A program made the position numbers and the translations under genes. Positions 55,901-62,588 of a stretch of 64,000 nucleotides of DNA are shown here, piece after piece. Numbering within the stretch: the stretch's first letter is position 1; every line of letters begins with the position of its first letter. Origin of the DNA: an uncultured Kiritimatiellota bacterium (GTDB taxonomy: Bacteria; Verrucomicrobiota; Kiritimatiellia; RFP12; DVOR01); assembly GCA_944389945.1 (NCBI GenBank), contig CALXOF010000005.1:29215-93214 (forward strand), given 5' to 3'. Under the pieces are notes generated by a model that was given only the letters and a program-made list of their open reading frames with translations, was not told the origin of the DNA and did no database searches.

Positions 55901-56659
55901 GCTACCCGAAGAGAAGTCACCGCCGGAGATGTTGGCGATGGCGGGGACATCAAAGCAAACACTGGCACCGCTCTTACCGGCGGTGAAGGTGCCGCCGGAG
56001 ATGTTCACGGTTGTGCCGCCGGAGGTCTCGCCCACATAGAGCGCATACCAATTATCGGCGACAAAATTGCCACCGGTAATGGTGGCACCCTCTTCCTTAT
56101 AAGGCGAGATAGATGCGCGGCGAATATGGACACCACCAGAGGGGAACTCGACCGTTTGCCCCTCGGCGGGATCAATGACCAAACCTTCGGTGGCGAAGAC
56201 GGCATACTCGAAGGATCCTTCCTGCACAAAGCGGCCACCATGGATGGTGAGTGCGGCATCAGTGGCACTGATGCAGGCATTGGCCTTGCCGATAGCCTTG
56301 ATGGTGCCGGTCTGCTCCGCACTCGTATCTTCGATGGTCAGGGAGACGGCAGGATCGGAGACGTTGACCTGCTGTAGGAAGAAGGCGTAGAAATTGTTAT
56401 CGCCTGTCGGGTTGAAAGTGTAGGTGTGACCGTTGAGGTCGAGGGTAATGTCCTTGCCGCCGGGGATGACGATTTGCGTATCGACCTCCACGTCCGCCAA
56501 TAAGGTAATCGTGGTGGGAACGCCAGTAGGAATGGACTGGAAGGCGACGAAGAATTCGGCGAGCGAGTCGTAGGTCTTATCGCCGATTTGCGCGACTTTC
56601 GCGAAGGAGGGGACGGCCAAGGCGAGGGCCGCCGCGAGAGAAAACAACACACGTTTCAT
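52952..56659 (-). CDS. 1235-aa secreted repeat protein, predicted right-handed parallel beta-helix (putative surface adhesin)
   Basis: Signal peptide MKRVLFSLAAALALAVPSFA. More than 12 repeats of x(I/V)(T/S)GG(T/N/D/I)F and ITLDLNG(H/Q) motifs. No PEP-CTERM tail. GC ~55%. Confidence 0.7.
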   Translation of the reverse strand: MKRVLFSLAAALALAVPSFAKVAQIGDKTYDSLAEFFVAFQSIPTGVPTTITLLADVEVDTQIVIPGGKDITLDLNGHTYTFNPTGDNNFYAFFLQQVNVSDPAVSLTIEDTSAEQTGTIKAIGKANACISATDAALTIHGGRFVQEGSFEYAVFATEGLVIDPAEGQTVEFPSGGVHIRRASISPYKEEGATITGGNFVADNWYALYVGETSGGTTVNISGGTFTAGKSGASVCFDVPAIANISGGDFSSGSLSITPDGEGPKLAVTGGIFKDPIPFADCGVGCLPARDENGNYTVSTGNVAAIQQSDDSYVGYPNVAAAIAAAENGATVTLIDKGTLSEACTVASGKAITLDLNGQDIDLTMDTAQFTIPSGATLNVVGKGTLRNTTVNYSRGNRIFEVRGASEDNGTKAILKVGTDVTLECTCGIVVFGTADTPTAAYGVEVEVAGTINNKMYAITTNGQITTTEGNVPVIKVTGKLNGPNAVGIYAAGYAKWDLATTIDADDVLSIKSGDFTIAGGSYTSSAVYAVPPSANPGGNETTGAAISITTSDGYAQKTSVNITGGTFISENGYALYEGIAKKADGTPAAEASTAVISITNGTFTGSKTNETITADIAITTAKDKQVVSGGTFNKMPDDALLTPGFVFVPQEDGTFGVIEGSYIASIGDVKYADFNSFFAAFKAIEGSEKPTTVTLLADLTGELAVPGVVPVKAGRNIVFDLNGHTMETALQQGSSTKHYYAIENSGTLTIKDSSAAQTGTIRARGVSNFAQGNLTVESGTLVAIDSDGGAALWNEGDAIVSGGKLLVEDLVGNLPAIRNEVKATLVVKGGEVQGQSRPAVINVGTMTIEGGLLWNTQCNVTSDGKHKSPWYYAVLVGGNANASLKMIGGTIRGTQGALTFIAGKGELTGGRCETVPCIYHGDTGGNIWHALYLSTTEGPVDVTVGGDFVAQSDGREAFVIGGNNEDTQKYTCKATVTGGTFIGDEESGFAALRVNNQRKDGVEPIIQGGHFEGGIVSVADTGFEPITNFVSGGTFSQAVELGYCAEGFIPVAGTEGKYTVDGTAVAAVANTETPGTYKGYGTLAALVKGVTTNGTEVLIVKPNNLGEEIELLKTATGGNHAVTGATAYEVAETLGGTFKVQDSEIVYAYQLGIADLDVTESGISVTVRLEEDGTAVTRTLEGRKVRVVSDKKVLAETDAVFTDGACALTVPKADLPTGNLALTVSVAPAAETPAE

Positions 56660-56879
56660 ATCAGACGTCCTTTACAGAGGTCGGGGTTGGGGATTATACC
56701 CTGTACAACTGCTGATAGAATATCACCCCCACTCTGTCAAGGATTTATGTGTGGAGGGTTGGGTATAGAAGGTTGGACGGTCTTCCACAAAGACATGAAA
56801 GGGGCGCTGGCGCGTCCCAGAGACAATACTGTCAGGGGAAAGTGGCAGGCCTCCTTTTCCCGCGAGAACGTCAGTATGC

Positions 56880-56950
56880 GCGAAGCTAGATGGGCTAACG
56901 CCGGTCACTTTGCGGGCTAAACGCCCGTTAATCGCTCCCTCCCGCCCATC
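56880..56950 (-). repeat. Family-M structured element (GATGGGCGGGAGGGAGCGATTAACGGGCGTTTAGCCCGCAAAGTGACCGGCGTTAGCCCATC), copy 1
   Basis: The inverted copy at 62300..62370 is ~90% identical. Nested inverted repeats GATGGGC..GCCCATC and CGGGC..GCCCG. Confidence 0.75.
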
Positions 56951-56960
56951 GTCTTCGTGC

Positions 56961-58535
56961 TTAGGTCAGCGGTTCAGTGGCGGTACCGGTGAGGTGGCGG
57001 CTCTTGCCGTCGAAGGAGAGGCCGATGAGGTGGACTTCCTTGCCGGAGTGGCGGTAGGGCTCGGCGTAACCCTTTTCCTTGATTTGTTCGATGGCCTCTT
57101 GGGGCGTACCGTCAACCTTCAGCTCGAAGACAAAGACGCGTTCAGGCGTCTCGGCAACGAGGTCAGCGCGACCGTGAGACTGGCGGTCCTCGGCGGTGAC
57201 GCGGAAGGAGCCGTCGGAGGTCAGCAGGACGTAGAGGATGCGCTGATAGGAGAATTCGTGGATGCTATTCTCTTGAGGGCCATAGGCGAGGTGGGCATAG
57301 AGGTCGGAGAGGCGTCCAAGGAAGGTCGCGACATCGCCCTTCATCAGCGCCAAGCAGGTGAGGTTCCGGTAGTCGTTGTCTTTCTTCCCGGCAAACTTTT
57401 GAACGAGCTGGGTGTTGAAAGCGCGACGGACCTCTTCGTCCGGGAAGCCGAGGGTGAAGTAAGGGGTGCGGTAATCCTTGATAGTGAGATACCCGCTCTG
57501 ATAAAGCATGGCAACGGGACGAATATTCTCCAATCCGCAGACATCCAAATCTTCCTCGGTAACACCCTCAACGTTCTCGTAGTCCCTCTCAGCGAGTTGG
57601 TTGTTTGTGAAGTAGTTGATGACGGCGGAGGTCTGACCAGTGGCAATCCATGTACCGATGAACTCGGGTTCGCAGGCTCCAAGGGTTTGGCCAATGGCGA
57701 AGGGGTTGTAGACCTTGGCCGTGTTCCAACGGGCGAAACGGTAACCGTTGTACCACCAGCGGAGCTTCTCGCGATAGTCCTCGTAGGAGAGGCCCATGAC
57801 CGCGGCGTGGCGGTGCAACGTCTTGCTGAAGTTGGCCTCCAGCTCCTCGTCGGTGTAACCGAGGAGCGTGGCATAGCGACTATCCATCGTCAGGTCGGTG
57901 AGGTTATTCAGCGCCGAGAAGACGGAGAGCTGGGTGAAACGCGTCACGCCGGTCATCATCATGAAACGGATGTTACCGACGTTGTTCTTAATCTCACCGT
58001 AAAAGGCGGAGAGTTTGGCGCGGATGGCCTCGGCCTTCTCGATGTCGTTTAGGGCGGCTCCGACGGGCGCGTCGTACTCATCAATAAGGATGACCACGGG
58101 TTTGCCGCGGTCCTGGGCGAGGGAACGGATGGCATTGGCGAAGTTGTCCCCCGGGGCAAACGCAGGGTCATAGGTGACCTTGGCTTCCTTGAAGGCCTGC
58201 ATGACACGCGCCACAAAAGTAGAGTAGAAGCTGTCGAACGTCGTCACGTCCATCGTGCCGAAGTTGAAATGCAGGACGGGATACTCTGCCCAGTCGTAGT
58301 CCATCCGATCGATGGCGAGGCCCTTGAAGAGATCACGGCGGCCTTGGAAGAGATACTCCAACGTGGAGAGCATGAGCGACTTACCGAAGCGCCGCGGGCG
58401 CGAGATGAAAAAGAAGGCATCCCGCCCACGCGTGATGAGCGGATAGAGCAACGCGGTCTTATCCACATAACGAAAGCCATCCTCCCGCATAATGCGGAAG
58501 TCATAGGTTCCCTGCGCGATCTTCTCTTCTTCCAT
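56961..58535 (-). CDS. AAA-ATPase-like plus PD-(D/E)XK protein, paralog P3 (P1-like N-terminal half, P2-like C-terminal half)
   Basis: 524 aa. Residues ~150-245 are near-identical to P1; residues ~250-520 are near-identical to P2 (GLSYEDYREKLRWWYNGYRFARWNT, SHGRADLVAETPERVF, QIKEKGYAEPYRHSGKEVHLIGLSFDGK). Confidence 0.8.
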   Translation of the reverse strand: MEEEKIAQGTYDFRIMREDGFRYVDKTALLYPLITRGRDAFFFISRPRRFGKSLMLSTLEYLFQGRRDLFKGLAIDRMDYDWAEYPVLHFNFGTMDVTTFDSFYSTFVARVMQAFKEAKVTYDPAFAPGDNFANAIRSLAQDRGKPVVILIDEYDAPVGAALNDIEKAEAIRAKLSAFYGEIKNNVGNIRFMMMTGVTRFTQLSVFSALNNLTDLTMDSRYATLLGYTDEELEANFSKTLHRHAAVMGLSYEDYREKLRWWYNGYRFARWNTAKVYNPFAIGQTLGACEPEFIGTWIATGQTSAVINYFTNNQLAERDYENVEGVTEEDLDVCGLENIRPVAMLYQSGYLTIKDYRTPYFTLGFPDEEVRRAFNTQLVQKFAGKKDNDYRNLTCLALMKGDVATFLGRLSDLYAHLAYGPQENSIHEFSYQRILYVLLTSDGSFRVTAEDRQSHGRADLVAETPERVFVFELKVDGTPQEAIEQIKEKGYAEPYRHSGKEVHLIGLSFDGKSRHLTGTATEPLT

Positions 58536-58585
58536 AGCTCAGCTCCTCGGCTACAGTATAGCATAAGGGGGACGCATTGTGCCCC
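58536..58585 (-). promoter_or_regulatory. P3 upstream cassette: weak hairpin GGGGCACAATGCGTCCCC plus TTATGCTATACTG (extended -10) plus RBS gaggag
   Basis: Same organisation and spacing as upstream of P1 and P2. Confidence 0.6.
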
Positions 58586-59242
58586 TCACCAGTCGATGGG
58601 GGCGAGGCCTTGGGCGGTGAGCCAGGCGTTGGCGCGGGAGAAGCATTTGCAGCCGAAGAAGCCGGTGTGGGCGGAGAGGGGGGAGGGGTGCGGGGCGGTG
58701 AGGATGAGGTGCTTGGAGGCGTCGATGAGGGGGATTTTGGCCTTGGCCTTGGCGCCCCAAAGGAGGAAGACGACGTGCGGGCGACGTTCGGAGACGAGGC
58801 GGATGAGGGCGTCGGTGAAGGGTTCCCAGCCTTTGCCGGCGTGGGAGAGGGGGGCGTGGGCGTGGACGGTGAGGATGGCGTTGAGGAGGAGGACGCCTTG
58901 CTTGGCCCAGGGGGTGAGGTCGCCGCCGTGGACGTGGGCGGGGCGGCCGAGGTCGGATTGGATCTCGGTGAAGATGTTGCGGAGGGAGGGCGGGGGCTGG
59001 GTGGGTGGGCGGACGGAGAAGGCGAGGCCGTGGGCGTGGCCGGGGGTGGGATATGGGTCTTGCCCGAGGATGACGGCGCGGGTGTCGGCGAGGGGGCAGA
59101 GGGTGAGGGCGGAGAAGAGGGTGTCTTGCGGGGGGAGGGTCTGGGGGTCGGTGGCGTAGGCGTGTTCCCAGAAGGCGCGGAGTCGGGCGAATTCCGGGGT
59201 CTTGAGGAGGGGGAGGAGGGCGTCGCGCCAATCAGTATGCAT
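58586..59242 (-). CDS. ung: uracil-DNA glycosylase (family 1)
   Basis: Motifs VILGQDPY, GLAFSV and HPSPLSA are diagnostic of UNG. Confidence 0.9.
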   Translation of the reverse strand: MHTDWRDALLPLLKTPEFARLRAFWEHAYATDPQTLPPQDTLFSALTLCPLADTRAVILGQDPYPTPGHAHGLAFSVRPPTQPPPSLRNIFTEIQSDLGRPAHVHGGDLTPWAKQGVLLLNAILTVHAHAPLSHAGKGWEPFTDALIRLVSERRPHVVFLLWGAKAKAKIPLIDASKHLILTAPHPSPLSAHTGFFGCKCFSRANAWLTAQGLAPIDW

Positions 59243-59244
59243 AA

Positions 59245-59335
59245 CTAAGAGAACAGAGAACGGGAGGGGCGGTTGTCACCGCCCCAGAGAATAGAGAACG
59301 GAGAATAGAGAACAGAACGCGCGGCAAGCGCGCGA
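59245..59335. repeat. Family-A module (GAGAACAGAGAACGG..ggggcggttgtcaccgcccc hairpin..GAGAATAGAGAACGGAGAATAGAGAACAGAAC..cgcgcggcaagcgcgcg)
   Basis: Heptamer array with two hairpins. Confidence 0.85.
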
Positions 59336-59397
59336 CGGATGGGGCGGATACTAGATAGAGAACATAGGGAAGGGAACTCCTAATGTTTATCAGTCGC

Positions 59398-59679
59398 TTA
59401 TCTTCCAAAGACTTGATTATGAGAGCCTATATTTTCTAACCGCAAACAATCCCCATCAATACGATAAATCAATACCAAATCCCCACGAATATGCAAATCT
59501 CGCAGTCCCGCAAGATTCTCACAAAGCGCATGATCACGATAAGTAGGATCCGGTGGCTGATACCCATTACGAATCCACGTGATGGCATCCTCCACCAAAG
59601 ATGGATTAAGCCCATTCATTCGGAGCTTCTTAAAGGATTTCTGAAATCGCTTAGAGAAGAAGAGCTGTTTGATGCTCAT
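59398..59679 (-). CDS. type II toxin-antitoxin system toxin, YafQ/RelE-ParE superfamily (mRNA interferase)
   Basis: 93 aa. FKKSFKKL...DPTYRDHAL.GNLAGLRDLHIRGDLVLIYRIDGDCLRLENIGSHNQVFG matches the YafQ pattern. GC ~45%. Confidence 0.75.
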   Translation of the reverse strand: MSIKQLFFSKRFQKSFKKLRMNGLNPSLVEDAITWIRNGYQPPDPTYRDHALCENLAGLRDLHIRGDLVLIYRIDGDCLRLENIGSHNQVFGR

Positions 59680-59936
59680 GACTCGGTTGCTCTAAGAAAA
59701 TCCTTGAAATCCGAGTAGTAATCCCCGTCATCTGCGAGATCTTCCCGAAGACCTTCCAAGGTCTGTTCAGAGAGTTGCCGGAGAATATAGCGCCCTTCGC
59801 CGCAATCTTCCAATGCGACGTTTGGAATATCCAACTCAAGCTCGCGAATCCAGGGGATTTGCGTGGGCCCGGCAAACTTACCGGGGACGGTTGCGCCAAG
59901 GCGAACCGTTGTCATGGGTTGTTGTGCGCGCGTGAC
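59676..59936 (-). CDS. putative cognate antitoxin (87 aa, acidic C-terminus)
   Basis: ATGA overlap with the toxin start; RBS aggag. Small acidic protein (DDGDYYSDFKDF) upstream in the same orientation. No confident family match. Confidence 0.5.
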   Translation of the reverse strand, partial: VTRAQQPMTTVRLGATVPGKFAGPTQIPWIRELELDIPNVALEDCGEGRYILRQLSEQTLEGLREDLADDGDYYSDFKDFLRATES

Positions 59937-59976
59937 CATCTTTCGCTCCTTTCTGAGAATCAGTATAGCACATTCC

Positions 59977-60375
59977 TCAGTCGTGTTCGCAGCGGAAGGG
60001 GAGGACGAAGGTCTCTTCGAAGTCGTAGACGGCGTGGAAGTCGGACTTTTTGTCGGAGTCGGTTTTACCAAAAGCGCCGACTTCGATGAGGTTGTAGACG
60101 AGCTCGCCGATGTCGTCGGTGGAGTTGATGTTGAGGTCGTCGAGGAGGCCTTTGGCGAAGGGGCCGAACTCACTGAGCATATAGTCGCGGAGGCCTTCTG
60201 CGAGCTGTTGACCGGAGACGTGGGGGCCGTCGTCGTCCTGGGCGCGGCGGTCGGCGTGGATGCCGCGGAGGGTGTAGTCGAGGGCGGCGGTGATGAGGGT
60301 GTAGGCCTCGCGAGGGTAGCGGGTGTCGGTGGAGAGGATGGCGTTGACGGCGTCGTCGAAGCGTTCGTTGCGCAT
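59977..60375 (-). CDS. conserved hypothetical protein (133 aa)
   Basis: Good codon usage. 3-nt gap from the hisF stop, so co-operonic with hisHF. No recognisable domain. Confidence 0.5.
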   Translation of the reverse strand: MRNERFDDAVNAILSTDTRYPREAYTLITAALDYTLRGIHADRRAQDDDGPHVSGQQLAEGLRDYMLSEFGPFAKGLLDDLNINSTDDIGELVYNLIEVGAFGKTDSDKKSDFHAVYDFEETFVLPFRCEHD

Positions 60376-60377
60376 GA

Positions 60378-61148
60378 TCACCTCACGGGGATGCCGGCCT
60401 GGCGGAGGCCGTCTTTGATGGATTGGCAGGTGAAGCCCATGGTGTGGACCATGCTGGCGACAAGGGCGGCATCGGCGCGGGCAATCTGGAAGACGTCGAC
60501 CAGGTGCTGGATGGCGCCGGCGCCGCCGCTGGCGATGACGGGGACGGGGACGGCCTGGGCGACGAGGCCGGTGATGTCGAGCTCGTAGCCCTGGCGGACG
60601 CCGTCGGTGTCGATGGCGTTGAGGCAGATCTCGCCCGCGCCGCGGTCGACGGCTTCTTTGGCCCAGGCGAGGGCGTCGCGGCCGGTGGGGGTGCGACCGC
60701 CGTGGATGACGACCTCGTAGCCGCTGGGGATGGTGGCGGTGACGGGGACGCGCTTGGCGTCCATGCCGAGGACGACGCATTGGCTGCCGAAGGCTTTGGC
60801 GCCCTGGGTGAGGATGTCGGGGGTCTGGACGGCGAGGGAGTTGAGGGAGACCTTGTCGGCACCGGCGAGGAGGGCGGCGCGCATATCCTCAACGCCGCGG
60901 ATGCCGCCGCCGACGGTGAAGGGGACGCTGAGGGCGCGAGCGGCGCGGGCTACCATATCGAGGTCGCAGGCACGGCGCTCGGCGGAGGCGGTGATGTCGT
61001 AGAAGACGATTTCGTCGGCGCCGTCGGCGCAGTAGCGGGCGGCCATCTCGACGGGGTCACCGACGTCGACGTTGCCTTGGAAGCGGACGCCTTTGGTGAC
61101 GCGGCCGTTGCGGACGTCCAGGCAGACAATGAGGCGTTTCAGGAGCAT
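60378..61148 (-). CDS. hisF: imidazole glycerol phosphate synthase cyclase subunit
   Basis: Motifs MLLKRLIVCLDVRNGRVTKGVRF, PFTVGGGIR and VIASGGAG mark the HisF (beta/alpha)8 barrel. Confidence 0.92.
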   Translation of the reverse strand: MLLKRLIVCLDVRNGRVTKGVRFQGNVDVGDPVEMAARYCADGADEIVFYDITASAERRACDLDMVARAARALSVPFTVGGGIRGVEDMRAALLAGADKVSLNSLAVQTPDILTQGAKAFGSQCVVLGMDAKRVPVTATIPSGYEVVIHGGRTPTGRDALAWAKEAVDRGAGEICLNAIDTDGVRQGYELDITGLVAQAVPVPVIASGGAGAIQHLVDVFQIARADAALVASMVHTMGFTCQSIKDGLRQAGIPVR

Positions 61149-61765
61149 CAGCGGGCCTCCCAGGAAAGGAAGTTGCGCAGGAGCGCGGCACCGGCCTCGC
61201 CGCTGCGCTCGGGGTGGAACTGCGTGGCGAAGAGCGAGCCGTGGGTGAGGGCGGAGGCGAAACGCTCGCCGCAGTGCTCGGTGCGGCCGGCGATGTCGGT
61301 CTCGGCGGCGGGGCGTGCGAAGAAGGAGTGGACGAAGTAGAAGGCGGCGCCGTCGGGGATGCCGGCCCAGAGGGGATGGGGCGTCTGGTCGACGGTGTTC
61401 CAGCCCATGTGGGGAATTTTGGCGGTGGGGTCGCGCGTGGGGTCGAAGCGGACGCAACGGCCCGGGATGAGACCGAGGCCCTCCACGCCGCCGTCTTCCT
61501 CGGAGCCTTCCAGAAGAAGTTGCATGCCCAGGCAGACGCCAAGAATGGGCACGCCTTCATCCGCGGCGCGGCGGAGGAGGGCATCGAAGCCGCGGGCGCG
61601 AAGGCCGGCCATGCCGCTCGCCGCGGAGCCGACGCCAGGGAAGACGATGCGACCGCCGCGCCACTCGTCCGCGCGGGTAATCAAAGTGGGCGTTTCGCCG
61701 AGGCGCTCGAAGGCCAACCGCACGCTCGTGAGGTTGCCCGCGCCATAATCCAGAATCGTAACCAT
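61148..61765 (-). CDS. hisH: imidazole glycerol phosphate synthase glutaminase subunit
   Basis: VTILDYGAGNL, GVCLGMQLL (catalytic Cys) and HSF..FHPE triad. The longer ORF to 61909 only adds translated Family-A repeat. Confidence 0.9.
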   Translation of the reverse strand: MVTILDYGAGNLTSVRLAFERLGETPTLITRADEWRGGRIVFPGVGSAASGMAGLRARGFDALLRRAADEGVPILGVCLGMQLLLEGSEEDGGVEGLGLIPGRCVRFDPTRDPTAKIPHMGWNTVDQTPHPLWAGIPDGAAFYFVHSFFARPAAETDIAGRTEHCGERFASALTHGSLFATQFHPERSGEAGAALLRNFLSWEAR

Positions 61766-61789
61766 GGCCTTATTATAACAAAGGGGCGG

Positions 61790-62585
61790 GGCGCTGGTGC
61801 GCCCCACCCCGGAGAACGGAGAACGGAAAACGGAGAACGGAGACGCCCCTGCGGGGCGACGGGCGGAGTGGTGGAAGAATGTGAAAGGTTTGCCCTGCGG
61901 GGCTGACACGAAGGACTACAAAGGACCACGAAGATACACGAAGGAGGAACCGCCGATTTCGCCGATTGGAGCCGATTAGGGGCCGGCTACCGCCGGCAGG
62001 ACTGCCAGAATGGATTTACCACAAAGGACACAAAGAGCCGCAAAGGACACAAAGGGGATTTTAGCTGATTGGCTAATTAGGAGATTGGCTGATTGGAGGG
62101 TGTGGGGCGCTGCCCCACGCCCCGGCAGGGAGAAGTTCTCCCTGCACCCCCGGCACGTCTGCGACGTGCCAACTAGCACGACGGAATAGCGCTGAAGAAA
62201 GCCAAGCCTCCAAGCCTCTAAACTTCCAAGCTTCCAATTTCCCCTGCACCCGCAGGCACGTCTGCGACGTGCCAAAGGACGACGCGGTAGTCGACCAAGC
62301 GCGAAGACGATGGGCGGGAGGGAGCGATCAGCGGGCGTTTAGCCCGCAAAGCGACCGGCGTTAGCCCATCAGGCTTCGCGCGCACTGGCGTCTTTGCGGG
62401 AAAAAAGCTTGCCGGTCGCGCGCTTACCGCGCATTCCTGCATCTCCTGTTGCAGGTGTCTATGGCCGTTTCCCAAGGAAACACAGAAACGCAAGGGATGG
62501 GCACGGTAGTGAGCCCCGAAGGGGCGAACGGTGAAGTGCCCAGGCCCTTGCGTTCTTTTGTGTCTTCGTGGAAAACGGGGCGCGC
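61790..62585. repeat. ~800-bp intergenic mosaic (Family-A, CACGAAGG array, CCGATTTCGCCGATTGGAGCCGATTAGGGGCCGGCTACCGCCGG, CAAAGGACACAAAG array, GCTGATTGG heptamers, two CCCTGCACCC-CGGCACGTCTGCGACGTGCC hairpin units flanking Family-B, Family-M copy 2 at 62300..62370, degenerate CTTTGCGGGAAAAAAG motif, GAAACGCAAGGGATGGGCACGGTAGTGAGC module)
   Basis: Composed entirely of recurring modules. ORFs here (e.g. 62218..62904) are translations of repeats. Confidence 0.85.
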
Positions 62586-62588
62586 CCC

